Below, piece by piece: positions 37,806 through 47,689 of a DNA stretch of 64,000 bases (positions within the stretch are counted from its first letter, which is position 1; each line of letters starts with the position of its first letter). Source of the stretch: Deltaproteobacteria bacterium. GTDB lineage: Bacteria; Myxococcota_A; UBA9160; UBA4427. The stretch is taken from NCBI GenBank assembly GCA_002709835.1, contig PAQX01000071.1, positions 9,077-73,076 of the forward strand, read 5' to 3'. The notes beneath the pieces were generated by a model that did not search any database, was not told where the DNA came from, and saw nothing but the letters and a program-made list of their open reading frames with translations. The position numbers and the translations under genes were made by a program.

Positions 37806-38660
37806 TCAGACGTCGATGCCACCCTCGACGACGTCCCGGAAGTATTCGAAGACGGACGTTCCACCGACGGAGACGCGCCGCAGGTTCCGGCTCACTCCGC
37901 GCGGGATCGCGTCCCGCGCATGCTGGAGCGCGCGGTTGTCCCAGACGACGAGATCGCCCTCTCGCCATTCATGGACGTAAGTGAACGTCCCTTCGTAGAG
38001 GTGATCGAAGATCGCCTCGATCAGCGCCGCGCTCTCCGGCTCCGGGAGTCCCTCGACGCAGTCCGTTTGTTGTTCGTTGACGTAGAGGGTCGGGTCGGGG
38101 CTCCGTGAGCCCTGCCAGAGGATCGGATGCCAGGCGCCGATTGCGTCGGCCGGGCGGCGCGGGCCGCGAACCGCCACGTCTTCGTGTGCACCGCTCGGGT
38201 CGATCGTGTGCCGAGCGTTTCGCGTCTCGATCCGTTCGCGAAGGGACGAGGGGAGCGCGCGTGCGGCCTTCACCCCGTTGACGAAGCGCGTCGTGGTTCC
38301 TTCGGTCGGGACTTCGAGTCCGTACAGGGAGATCACGTCGATGGGATCGTGCATGAAGGCATGATCGGAGTGATAGGCGAAACGCTCGTCGCCGAGGATG
38401 CCGTCTTCGTGGGTATTCGACACGAATTGGTGGAGCCGTCCGGACGGGTTCTCGACGAGCGGTGTTCCCAGGCTTGCCGCGAGGGCCTCCTGCTGGTCCG
38501 CTCTGAGAGCAAGATCCCGAAAGACGAGGAGCTGCCGTTCGGCGAGGGCGGCATGCCACGCCTGCTGCGCGCCGGGGGTGAGGAGCGCCTCGGGCTCTGC
38601 GCCGAGAATCTCGGCGCCGAATGCCTCGTCGAGCGGACGTAGATTCAGCGACGCAGCCAT
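37806..38660 (-). CDS. TauD/TfdA-family Fe(II)/2-oxoglutarate dioxygenase
   Basis: HxD 'YHSD' and 'W..GDLVVWDNR...HAR'. Confidence 0.9.
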   Translation of the reverse strand: MAASLNLRPLDEAFGAEILGAEPEALLTPGAQQAWHAALAERQLLVFRDLALRADQQEALAASLGTPLVENPSGRLHQFVSNTHEDGILGDERFAYHSDHAFMHDPIDVISLYGLEVPTEGTTTRFVNGVKAARALPSSLRERIETRNARHTIDPSGAHEDVAVRGPRRPADAIGAWHPILWQGSRSPDPTLYVNEQQTDCVEGLPEPESAALIEAIFDHLYEGTFTYVHEWREGDLVVWDNRALQHARDAIPRGVSRNLRRVSVGGTSVFEYFRDVVEGGIDV

Positions 38661-38802
38661 GGTCCGAGTCTACACGCACGAATCCGTGCGCTCACACCCG
38701 GAGGAAAACGCCATGAGCGACCGCGTCGTCCTCCGTGAGAGGGAGCGACGTCCTTCGACGCGACGAGAAAGCCGCTGGGGCCGGCGGGAGTCCCACGGAG
38801 AA

Positions 38803-39981
38803 CTAGATCACCTCGTCCGCGCGCAGCCTGGCAATCTCGTCGTCCTCAAGGCCGAACTGGCGAAGGACCTCTTCGGTGTGCTCGCCGGGTTCGGGGGCGG
38901 GACGTCGAATGTCGCCAGGGACGCCTTCGAGTTGGGTGGCATTTCGCAGGATTTCGATCTCGCCGACACGCGGATGGGCGATGGGCGTGGCGATCCCGAG
39001 ATGGCGGACCTGGGGATCCGCGAAGGTCTGCTCGACGTCGTTCACTGGACCCGACGGAATGCCGACGGCGTTCATCGTTTCGACCCAATCCGCGGTCGTA
39101 CGCCTCGCGAGGGCGCCGGCGAGCTCCTCGTTAAGCGCTTCCCGATTCGTCGCACGATCCGCCGGCGCCGCAAAACGCGGATCCGTGGCGAGCTCCGGGC
39201 GTTCGATCACGTCGCAGAGTGCCTCCCAGAGGCGTCCCCAAGGCGCGGCGAGGTTCATGTACCCGTCGGCTGTCTGATACATCCCCATCGGGCCCATCGT
39301 CGGGTGGTGGTTCCCGGCCTGGGGCGGAACCTCCTTCGCGACCGTGTACCGCGCCGCCTGGAAGTCCATCATCGCGATCATCGACTCGAGCAGCGACGTG
39401 TGGACATAGCGCCCGCGGCCCGTCCTTTCCCGCTCGTGCAGCGCGACGAGGAGACCGACCGCCAACTGGAGCCCCGCCGTCACGTCGGAGATTGCGACCC
39501 CCGCGCGAACGGGCCCCTGTCCCGGCAGGCCCGTCACGCTCATCATGCCGCCGAGTCCCTGCGCGATCTGGTCGACGCCGCCGCGCTCTGCATACGGCCC
39601 ATCCTGACCGAAGCCGGAGATCGAACCCATGACGAGTCGCGGATTGATCGCCGAGACCGTGTCCCAGTCGAATCCGAGCTTCCGTTTCACGTTCGGCCGC
39701 ATGTTCTCCACGAGCACGTCGGCCTTCGCGATCAGTCGATGCAGAATCGCGCGACCCGCCTCCTGCTTGAGGTCGAGGGAGAGGCTCCGCTTGTTCCGGT
39801 TCAGGTTGAGGTAGTCCGGGCCGTGCCGGCCGGCGCTCGTGTCTTCCGGTGATCGCGGTTCGACGCAGACCACGTCGGCGCCCCAGTCCGCGAGTTGACG
39901 GACCGCGGTTGGGCCTGCGCGCGCGATCGTCAGGTCGATCACGACGAGGCCTGCGAGGGGGAGAGGGTCGGCGGGCGCCAT
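38803..39981 (-). CDS. Class III CoA-transferase (CaiB/BaiF family)
   Basis: 'PLAGLVVIDL...RAGP', 'NRNKRS', 'ADVLVEN.RP', 'SISGFGQ.GP', 'ISD..AG'. Confidence 0.93.
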   Translation of the reverse strand: MAPADPLPLAGLVVIDLTIARAGPTAVRQLADWGADVVCVEPRSPEDTSAGRHGPDYLNLNRNKRSLSLDLKQEAGRAILHRLIAKADVLVENMRPNVKRKLGFDWDTVSAINPRLVMGSISGFGQDGPYAERGGVDQIAQGLGGMMSVTGLPGQGPVRAGVAISDVTAGLQLAVGLLVALHERERTGRGRYVHTSLLESMIAMMDFQAARYTVAKEVPPQAGNHHPTMGPMGMYQTADGYMNLAAPWGRLWEALCDVIERPELATDPRFAAPADRATNREALNEELAGALARRTTADWVETMNAVGIPSGPVNDVEQTFADPQVRHLGIATPIAHPRVGEIEILRNATQLEGVPGDIRRPAPEPGEHTEEVLRQFGLEDDEIARLRADEVI

Positions 39982-40036
39982 GGGCCTTCGAGTATAGGTC
40001 GGGTAGGCTTCTCCGGAACGAAGAGGAGCCCATATC

Positions 40037-40954
40037 ATGCTCGACGGACAGCGTGTCCTCGTCACCGGCGCGACCGGCCAGGTCGCCCGTCCCCTGACCG
40101 AGAAGCTCGCGGAGAACAACGAAGTCTGGGCCGCGGCCCGATTTTCCGATCCGCAGGCGAAAGACGAACTCGAGGCGGTCGGCGTGAAGACCGCCTACTT
40201 CTCGATGGGCGAAGAAGATCTCTCGGGACTCCCGGACGTCGATTACGTGATCCACTGCGGCGCGAACGTCGATCCCAAGACGCCTGAGATCGGCCTGAGC
40301 CAGAACGCCGAGGGCTCCGGGTTCCTGATGCAGCGCTACAAGGACGCGAAGGCGTTCCTCCATATGTCCTCGTCCTCGGTATACCGCGTCCCCTCCAGCT
40401 CGAGCGAGCCGATCACCGAGGAGAACGAGCTCGGTGGCTACGCCGGCTACTCACCGCACTACGCGATGAGCAAGCTCGCGAGCGAGTCGGTCGTGCGTTT
40501 TCAGGCGCGGGCACTCGGCCTCCCGACGATCATCACGCGGCTCGACGTGGCCTACGGGTCGCGAGGGCACGGGGGGGTCCCGATGATCGTCTTCGAGTTC
40601 ATGAAGAACGGGATGGCGTACACGCGCGCGGAGGACGGAGACAGCTTCTGCTCCCCGATCCACGAAGACGACATTGCGGAGCAGGTCCAGAACCTGATCC
40701 TGAAGGCGGACGTACCCGCACCGATCGTGAACCTGGGCGGCGACCAGGTCGTCTCGGTCGAGGAGATCATCGGCTACGTCGAGGGGCTGACGGGGCTGCA
40801 GATGAAGGTGGAGACCGGCAAGGACGCCTCCTGGGGGATGAAGGTCCTCGACAACACGCTCCGGAAGGCCCTCGGAGGTCCCTGCAAGGTCGACTGGAAG
40901 GACGGGGTCCGCGCCGCGATCGCGAAGCGCTACCCGGACGCGATCCGTGACTGA
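40037..40954 (+). CDS. NAD-dependent epimerase/dehydratase (extended SDR)
   Basis: 'VTGATGQV', 'SSSSVY', 'YAMSK'. Confidence 0.9.
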   Translation: MLDGQRVLVTGATGQVARPLTEKLAENNEVWAAARFSDPQAKDELEAVGVKTAYFSMGEEDLSGLPDVDYVIHCGANVDPKTPEIGLSQNAEGSGFLMQRYKDAKAFLHMSSSSVYRVPSSSSEPITEENELGGYAGYSPHYAMSKLASESVVRFQARALGLPTIITRLDVAYGSRGHGGVPMIVFEFMKNGMAYTRAEDGDSFCSPIHEDDIAEQVQNLILKADVPAPIVNLGGDQVVSVEEIIGYVEGLTGLQMKVETGKDASWGMKVLDNTLRKALGGPCKVDWKDGVRAAIAKRYPDAIRD

Positions 40955-41039
40955 CGGGCCGCGAGATTCGCGAGAGTGAAGCGAGCCTGAACCACGCCAA
41001 CGGGACGGGATGGTCACCTGAGAAGGGCTGATCCGGCGG

Positions 41040-41837
41040 CTAGGCGGACGGAACGCCTTTCTGATACCAGCCGGCCGTGAGTCCTGCGTCGACGACGAAG
41101 TCCGCCGCCGTGCACGAGCGGCTCTCGTCCGACGCGAGGAAGAGGGCCATGTTGGCGACGTCGCGCAGGCGACTTCCCGGGACCACCGGCTTCGGGTCCT
41201 TCAGGATCTGCTGCATCATCTGGTGCGGCACGTCCGAGAGGTCGGGGTTTCCGGGGAAAAAGGGGGCGCTCATGTTCGGGTTGCCCGCCTCGGGGCAGAC
41301 CGCATTTACCCGGATTGCGTACTTGCCCAGCTCGATCGCAGCCGACTTCGTCAATCCCCGGACGGCCCACTTGCTCGAGGCGTATGCGGCGACGCCGTTC
41401 ATTCCCTTGATCCCGTCGGTCGAGGCGATGTTCACGATCGATCCGCCCTCGCGCGCCTTCATCACGGGCAGCACCGCCTGCATGCCTAGCAAGGGGCCGA
41501 GCTGATTGACCTGGACGATTCGGAGGAAATCCTCCGGAGTGATCTCGTCGAAGGATTTCATCAGCAGGATCGCAGCGTTGTTCACGAGCACGTCGACGCC
41601 CCCGAACTCAGCGACGGCGAGGTCGACGGCGCGGGACCAGTCTCCCTGCGCGCCGACGTCGAGACGGACGAAACGTGCGGCTTCGCCGATCTCGTCGGCG
41701 ACCGCCCGTCCTCGTTCCTCCTGCACGTCTCCGAGCACGAGCTTCGCGCCTTCCTCGGCGAAGACCCGCGCGAGGACTTCGCCGGTTCCCTGCGCGGTGC
41801 CCGTGATGATTGCGGTCTTTCCATCGAGTCGGCCCAT
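41040..41837 (-). CDS. SDR, 3-alpha/20-beta-hydroxysteroid dehydrogenase-like
   Basis: 'TGTAQGTG', 'LVNNA', 'YASSKWAVRGLTKSAA.ELG...IRVN'. Confidence 0.9.
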   Translation of the reverse strand: MGRLDGKTAIITGTAQGTGEVLARVFAEEGAKLVLGDVQEERGRAVADEIGEAARFVRLDVGAQGDWSRAVDLAVAEFGGVDVLVNNAAILLMKSFDEITPEDFLRIVQVNQLGPLLGMQAVLPVMKAREGGSIVNIASTDGIKGMNGVAAYASSKWAVRGLTKSAAIELGKYAIRVNAVCPEAGNPNMSAPFFPGNPDLSDVPHQMMQQILKDPKPVVPGSRLRDVANMALFLASDESRSCTAADFVVDAGLTAGWYQKGVPSA

Positions 41838-42021
41838 GGTCGTCGCTGGCTCCCTCTGCTGTGGGTCAATCGAGGATCGCGCCGGTCATGGCAGTTCGCG
41901 CCCCGGGCGGTCCGAGTGTTCATTCTACCCCGTGGGCGGTGGGTCGGGGGTATCGGTCCCGGGCCGCAGACGGGTAGAATCGAAGGGGCATCGCGCCCCA
42001 TCGGCGCGAGGGAGAAAAGCG

Positions 42022-43236
42022 ATGGCGACCGAACCGCTCCTCGATTTCGACTGGGACCCGATGGACACCGGGACCGGGATCCCCTTTGACGTCTACGCAC
42101 GGCTCCGTCGCGAGCAGCCGATCTCGAAGACGCGCGAGGGGGCCTGGTTCATCGCATGCCAGGCCGATCTGATCGCCGCGACCAAGGAGGTCGACGTCTT
42201 TCGCGCGAGCATGCGTGAGCCGGGAGTCGTCGTGCCGCCCGAGGAGATGCTCATCTCCGAGATCCCGGAGCCGCGACATGGTCAGGTCCGCAAGATCGTG
42301 AACTCAGCGGTCGCGGCGCACCGCCTTGGAAGAGTCGAAGACTTCACCCGCGACCTGGCTCACCAGCTCTTTGATCGCGCGATCGCGAAGTCCGAAGGCG
42401 GTGACTTCGTCGAGCTCGTGAAGGAAGTCGTGATGCCGGTCCCGACCTCGGTGATCGCGGTTTTGCTCGGAGCGCCCGTGGAGGATTATGCACTCTGGGG
42501 CAGCTGGTCCGACGAAGTCGTCCAGGGGGACTACCCGCGCTTCAATCGGAACGAGCGCGGGGAAGGGCTCGCGGGTGCGCATCCCGAGTTCACCGCCTAC
42601 GTCGACGCGATGATCGCGGCTCGGAGGGCGGATCCGGACCCGCCGATGGACTTCACGACGCGTCTCCTGCAGACGGAGATCGACGGTGTTCGGCTCTCGG
42701 ATGTCGAACTCCGGACGGTGCTCATCTTCCTTCTCTTGTCGGGCAACGAGACGACCCGGCATCTCCTCTCTAATCTGCTGCATCGACTGGCGACCACGGA
42801 CGGTCTTCTCGAGACGCTTCGTGATCGCCCGGAGCTGATCCCGAATGCCGTCGAGGAGAGCCTCCGGCTCGACAGCGTGATCATCAACCTCGTGCGCACG
42901 GTCGTGCGTGACTCGGTCTTCCGCGGCCACGCGATGCAGGAGGGGGAGCGGGTCTTCTTCGGCGTCGCCTCCGCGAACCGGGACGAGTCGATCTACGAGG
43001 CCCCTGAGGAGTTTCGCCTCGATCGTCCGAAGCCGAAGGGCCACGCGGCCTTCGGCGGCGGCCCCCATGTCTGTCCGGGGGCATCGCTCGCGCGCCTAGA
43101 GGGGCGGATCGTCCTGGAAGTCGCGGTCGAGCGACTCTCTGCGCTCTCGCTCGAGCCTGGATTCACCTGGGAGAAGGTCCCCGTCTTCTGGGCGAATGGG
43201 CCATCGAGGCTTCCGGCCCGGCTGGTCGCCCGCTAG
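42022..43236 (+). CDS. Cytochrome P450
   Basis: 'SGNETT', 'EESLR', 'FGGGPHVCPG'. Confidence 0.94.
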   Translation: MATEPLLDFDWDPMDTGTGIPFDVYARLRREQPISKTREGAWFIACQADLIAATKEVDVFRASMREPGVVVPPEEMLISEIPEPRHGQVRKIVNSAVAAHRLGRVEDFTRDLAHQLFDRAIAKSEGGDFVELVKEVVMPVPTSVIAVLLGAPVEDYALWGSWSDEVVQGDYPRFNRNERGEGLAGAHPEFTAYVDAMIAARRADPDPPMDFTTRLLQTEIDGVRLSDVELRTVLIFLLLSGNETTRHLLSNLLHRLATTDGLLETLRDRPELIPNAVEESLRLDSVIINLVRTVVRDSVFRGHAMQEGERVFFGVASANRDESIYEAPEEFRLDRPKPKGHAAFGGGPHVCPGASLARLEGRIVLEVAVERLSALSLEPGFTWEKVPVFWANGPSRLPARLVAR

Positions 43237-43255
43237 GCGCAGGCGCCGTCCGGGA

Positions 43256-43435
43256 TCACTCGGAAGCCGCTGGCGCTTCGGTGCGCTCCGCCTCGCCGGG
43301 CATGGACTCGATCGTCCATTCTCGGTCGTGGTTCGCGCGGACTTCCGACGGAGACGCCGTGTACTTGCGGGTGCAACCGTTGCCGGAGAGCGCGACGAGA
43401 GCGAAGAGGACGAAGACGGCGCTCGCGCGTGTCAT
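43256..43435 (-). CDS. 59-aa putative small lipoprotein (absent from the ORF track)
   Basis: ATGA overlap with the upstream stop; MTRASAVFVLFALVALSGNG-C-TRKY... signal peptide ending in Cys. Confidence 0.6.
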   Translation of the reverse strand: MTRASAVFVLFALVALSGNGCTRKYTASPSEVRANHDREWTIESMPGEAERTEAPAASE

Positions 43436-44118
43436 CGGGTGACCTTTCCGTCTTCGAGGGCGGCGAAGGCGCTCCCGTCGGTGGGGAGAGAGCCAGTCGC
43501 CCTCAGCCGCTGGCCGAGCTGGACGATCGCCGACGCGATTTCGTCGACCATTTTTCGGTGGGTCGCAACGAAAGCGGCTTCATACTCGGTCACGAAGAAG
43601 CGCCGCTTCGTCGACTTCAGGTGGAAACCGCGCGTAGCCACGAGGCCGGACGCGCTGGTCACCTCGATTCGCACGCGATAGTCGGCTTCGACGTTCATGA
43701 AGAAGGGCCCGGTGAGGATCGGCTCGATCTCGGTCATCAGCAGGTCTCCCCGGACGACCAGCAAATCTGGATCGTTCGGGTCTTCGGGCGCGTCGACGAG
43801 GGCGACCCCGGCTCTGTCGAGCGCCTTCGCGATGTCCTCCGCGAGCCAGTTCTTCAGGTCTCGGGAGCACAGGATCTGCGTCCGAGCGGGCGGAAACGCA
43901 GGGGCGGCCATGTCGGTGGTGAAGCCGGAGTTCCGACGGCATCGCGGCCGCGCGCGCTCATCGGTGAAGGGCGCGACCACGTGTACCCGCAGCCCCTCCT
44001 CGACCCGGCCGCGGGGCGTGTCGAAAACCTCGGGGCGGCTCAGGTCGAAGGGCGGCGGGATGCAGCCGGCCACGAGGAGGCCTGCGAGCGCGAGGACGAC
44101 GACCGAGGCGCGGCGCAT
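43432..44118 (-). CDS. Hypothetical lipoprotein
   Basis: MRR + hydrophobic stretch + lipobox 'VAGC'; GAGGA RBS. Confidence 0.75.
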   Translation of the reverse strand: MRRASVVVLALAGLLVAGCIPPPFDLSRPEVFDTPRGRVEEGLRVHVVAPFTDERARPRCRRNSGFTTDMAAPAFPPARTQILCSRDLKNWLAEDIAKALDRAGVALVDAPEDPNDPDLLVVRGDLLMTEIEPILTGPFFMNVEADYRVRIEVTSASGLVATRGFHLKSTKRRFFVTEYEAAFVATHRKMVDEIASAIVQLGQRLRATGSLPTDGSAFAALEDGKVTR

Positions 44119-44153
44119 TTCGGATCCTCGCTTTCCTCGCCGGAGACGAGCGA

Positions 44154-44540
44154 TCAGGGGGTCGCGGTGGGGCGTCCTGCAGCGCGCCAGGCTCGCATGT
44201 CCCCTTCGAGATGACGGACGTCGGAAAACCCGGCGCCGATCAGGATCGATTCCGCCTGGCCCGCCCGGCGTCCGCTTTCGCAGTAGACGATGAGGGGGCG
44301 CTCTTTTTCGCCATCCAACTCGATGAGCCGGTTCTCGAGCTCGTCATGCGGCAGGTTGATCGCGCCCGGGACATGGCCGTCCCCGTATTCCTGCTCCGAT
44401 CGGACATCTAGGATCAGGGCGTTGGCCGGCGCCTGCGAGAGGAGCTCCTCCGGCGAGATCAAGGAGTCCTGCCCGCTCGCCTCCGCGCAGCCGAAGAGCA
44501 ACGCGGAGGCGATGAGCAGGAGGATCAGGCGGATTCGCAT
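44154..44540 (-). CDS. Exported rhodanese-domain protein (probable lipoprotein)
   Basis: 'LFGC' lipobox-like; 'LDVR...EY..GHVPGA.N.P' and active site 'YCESGRRA'. Confidence 0.9.
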   Translation of the reverse strand: MRIRLILLLIASALLFGCAEASGQDSLISPEELLSQAPANALILDVRSEQEYGDGHVPGAINLPHDELENRLIELDGEKERPLIVYCESGRRAGQAESILIGAGFSDVRHLEGDMRAWRAAGRPTATP

Positions 44541-44557
44541 CGGTCGGAGCCTCGGGT

Positions 44558-46216
44558 CTACGCCGTGAGCCAGTGGTGCTTCTGCGGCTTGGCGCGCGCC
44601 TGCGGATCGATGTGAACGTTGATGATCGACGGCATCGAATCATCCAGCGCCTGCTTGAGCGAAGCCGAGAGCTCGTCCGGCGTGCGAACCGAGTAGCCCT
44701 TGCCGCCGAAGCCTTCGATCATCTTCTCGTAACCGGCCTGGATCGTGTAGGCCATCGCGGGCGACTGGAAGCGGTCTTCCGGGAGCTCGTCGAAACCCAT
44801 GCCGATTCCGTTGTTGTTGATGATCACGAAGACGATCGGCAGCCGATAGCGGCAGGCCGTCTCGACCTCCATGCCCGAGAAGCCGAAGGCGCTATCGCCC
44901 TCGACGCAGATCACCTTGCGACCCGGATGACAGACCTGGGCAGCGATCGCCTGGGCGAGGCCGACGCCCATGGTGCCAAAGGTCGCCGCGTCGATCCGCT
45001 CACGCGGGTTCTTGTGCATGAGGACCGACCGGCTGATGTCCATGGTATTGGCGCCTTCGGCCTGGATGATCGTTCCGGGCGGGGCCTGCTCCTGGATCTC
45101 GCGCAGAACGCGGTAGTACCCCATCGGGACCGCATCGTCGTTCATCATGTTCTGCACGAAGGCCTTGTTCTCGGTCACCTTCTCCGAGAGCGCGCTCCAC
45201 CACGGCGTGTCGCTCGCATAGGTGAAGGGCTCAGCCTCGAGGACCTCGTTCAGCTGGCCGACGACCGCCTTGATGTCACCGCACAGGCCGACCTCGGCGG
45301 GGACGTTGCGGCCGATTTCCTCGGCGTGGATGTCGATCTGGATCGTCTTCACGTTCTCGTCGAACCGCGGCGTGAGACCGAAGTGCATGATCCAGTTGAG
45401 GCGTGCGCCGAGCAGGACGACGACGTCCGCATCCTGGAGCGCCGTGCCGCGGGCGGGCATGACGGACAGTTCGTGCTCGTCGTCGACGACGCCCTTACCC
45501 ATCGGCGAGGTGAGGAAGGGCAGCTTCGTCGACTCGACGAACTGTCGGACTTCCTCTTCGGCGCGGGAGTACGCGGCGCCCTTGCCGATGATCACGAGCG
45601 GGCGCTCTGCGGTGCGAAGTACGTCGATCGCGCGCTGCACGTCGGCGGTCGGGGCCATCGTGCGCGGCGGCTCCGGGCAGCGTTCGGGAATCGTGACGTC
45701 GTCCTCTTCGACCTGCGCGGAGAGCATGTCGTCCGGGAAGTCGAGATAGACCGCGCCGGGGCGACCGTTGATGGACGTCCGAACCGCCTGCTCGCAGTAG
45801 AAAGGAATGCGCTCGGCCTTGTCGGGCCGCGCGGTGTACTTGCTGTAGTAGCGGGCGAGTTCGACCTGCGGCGCTTCCTGGAAGGCACCCATGCCTTCCT
45901 GGTAGGAGTTCGAAGCGCCCCCGAGAAGGATCATCGGCCAGCAGTTCTCGTGCGCGTTCGAGAGACCTGCGATGCCATGGATCATGCCTGGCCCGGAGAC
46001 CGTGAGGCAGGCGCCGGGCCGGCCGGTGAAGTAGCCGACTGCGGCGGCGGCGTAGCTGGCGGCCTGCTCGTTGCGCATGCCGACGAACTGGATGCCTTCC
46101 TTCTGGGCGGCGGCGGCGACCCCGAAAACGGGGAAGCCGACGATGCCGAACATGTGCTCGACGCCTTGACGCTTCAGGCTGCGGGCGATGAGGGTATTGC
46201 CGTCGATGGTGGCCAT
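44558..46216 (-). CDS. oxc: Oxalyl-CoA decarboxylase / 2-hydroxyacyl-CoA lyase family ThDP enzyme
   Basis: 'GIVGFPV', 'MRNEQAASYAA', 'GAFQE', 'GARLNW..HFG', 'GTMGVG', 'GDSAFGFSGME..T..RY', 'NNNG'. Confidence 0.85.
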   Translation of the reverse strand: MATIDGNTLIARSLKRQGVEHMFGIVGFPVFGVAAAAQKEGIQFVGMRNEQAASYAAAAVGYFTGRPGACLTVSGPGMIHGIAGLSNAHENCWPMILLGGASNSYQEGMGAFQEAPQVELARYYSKYTARPDKAERIPFYCEQAVRTSINGRPGAVYLDFPDDMLSAQVEEDDVTIPERCPEPPRTMAPTADVQRAIDVLRTAERPLVIIGKGAAYSRAEEEVRQFVESTKLPFLTSPMGKGVVDDEHELSVMPARGTALQDADVVVLLGARLNWIMHFGLTPRFDENVKTIQIDIHAEEIGRNVPAEVGLCGDIKAVVGQLNEVLEAEPFTYASDTPWWSALSEKVTENKAFVQNMMNDDAVPMGYYRVLREIQEQAPPGTIIQAEGANTMDISRSVLMHKNPRERIDAATFGTMGVGLAQAIAAQVCHPGRKVICVEGDSAFGFSGMEVETACRYRLPIVFVIINNNGIGMGFDELPEDRFQSPAMAYTIQAGYEKMIEGFGGKGYSVRTPDELSASLKQALDDSMPSIINVHIDPQARAKPQKHHWLTA

Positions 46217-46384
46217 GGGGCGCTCTCCTGTGGACCGGCGCGCGGGGGTCGCCGCGGCCGGGGGAATCGGTGGGGCTCGCGGGTCGGTCTCCGCGAGGGG
46301 AATCCCGAGGCTAGAATGGGCCCGAGGCGCGGACAAGGGACGCGGATTCCTGCGTTTCGGGGCCCATCGCGGAGGGAGGACGAC

Positions 46385-47569
46385 ATGCCGGCACTAGATG
46401 GAATGCGGATTCTGGACCTGACCCAGTACGAGGCGGGGCCCTCGTGCACGCAGGCGCTGGCCTGGATGGGCGCCGACGTCGTCAAGGTCGAAGCGCCGGG
46501 TTTGGGCGATCCCGGGCGGGTGCTGGCGGGGACGACCGCCTACTTCTGGCACTGGAACATGAACAAGCGGTCCATTGTCCTGAACCTTCGCAAGCCCGAG
46601 GGGCGGCAGGTCCTGCTCGATCTCGTCCCGAAATTCGACATCGTGATCGAGAACTATGCCCCCGGTGTGATGGATCGGATGGATCTCGGTTACGAGCAGT
46701 TCAAGGCGGTCCACCCCTCGGTCATTTTCGCCTCGGTCAAAGGCTATGGCAGCGACGGCCCGTATTCGCAGTACCTCTCCTACGACATGTGCGCGCAGGC
46801 GGCCGCGGGGACGTTTTCGATGACCGGCGCGGCCGACGGTCCGCCGACGCTGCCCGGCGTCACGATCGGAGACTCGGGCACGGGGATGCAGCTCGGCATG
46901 TCGATCCTCGCGGCCTACGTCCAGAAGCTTCGGACCGGCGAAGGGCAGCACATCGAGATCTCGATGCACGAAGCGATCACCTACTACATGCGGACCCACC
47001 TGGCGAACACGGGCAACTGGGGCCGCAACCCGGTTCCGCGAAACGGGTCGCAGGTCGGCGCAGCGCCCTCCGGCCTCTATCGCTGCAAGGGCGGTGGGCC
47101 CAACGACTACGCGTTCGTGCTCACCATCACCGATACGCACATCGACAAGTTCTACATGGCGATCGACCGACCGGACCTGATCACCGACGAGCGCTTCGAC
47201 GACTTCATGAAGCGGTTCGAGCGGACGGCAGAGCTCCACGACGAGATCGAGAAGTGGACTCTCGAGCGGTCCAAGCAGGAGGTCATGCGACTCCTCGGGG
47301 AGGCCGGAGTGCCCTGTGCAGCGACCATGGACACGCAGGAGCTGTACACCGACCCGCATCTCGTCGAGCGGGGCTTCGTGAAGACGATGTCGCATCCCGA
47401 CGAGGGTGAGGTGCGCCTCTTCGGCTGGGCCGCGCGCATGTCCGGCAACCAGGTGGAGATGGTCCCCCCGCCGGAGCTCGGCGAGCATACGAACGAGGTC
47501 CTGGTGAGTGAGCTCGGTCTCGATGCGGAGGCGCTCGAGACGCTGCGCACGACGGAGGCGATCGGGTGA
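46385..47569 (+). CDS. frc: Formyl-CoA transferase-like class III CoA-transferase
   Basis: 'LDGMRILDLTQ..AGPSCTQ.LAWMGADV.K.E', 'AQAA.G..S.TG..DGPP', catalytic 'GDSGTGM'; divergent from oxc. Confidence 0.7.
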   Translation: MPALDGMRILDLTQYEAGPSCTQALAWMGADVVKVEAPGLGDPGRVLAGTTAYFWHWNMNKRSIVLNLRKPEGRQVLLDLVPKFDIVIENYAPGVMDRMDLGYEQFKAVHPSVIFASVKGYGSDGPYSQYLSYDMCAQAAAGTFSMTGAADGPPTLPGVTIGDSGTGMQLGMSILAAYVQKLRTGEGQHIEISMHEAITYYMRTHLANTGNWGRNPVPRNGSQVGAAPSGLYRCKGGGPNDYAFVLTITDTHIDKFYMAIDRPDLITDERFDDFMKRFERTAELHDEIEKWTLERSKQEVMRLLGEAGVPCAATMDTQELYTDPHLVERGFVKTMSHPDEGEVRLFGWAARMSGNQVEMVPPPELGEHTNEVLVSELGLDAEALETLRTTEAIG

Positions 47570-47689
47570 GCGGAGCGCCCCGACGGGCGGCGCAGAAACG
47601 GCCCCGAAGCGGGCGCTGAAACCGGCGATTCACGGGCTTACACTAGGGCCGTCCCCGCGCGCGAAGCGTGCCTTAGAGGAGAGCCTGCC

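Noticed and set aside
44573-46384. 998-aa ORF 44573..47569 as a fusion protein
   Set aside because: The first ~600 codons are the antisense shadow of oxc; the real gene starts at 46385 after a GGAGG RBS.
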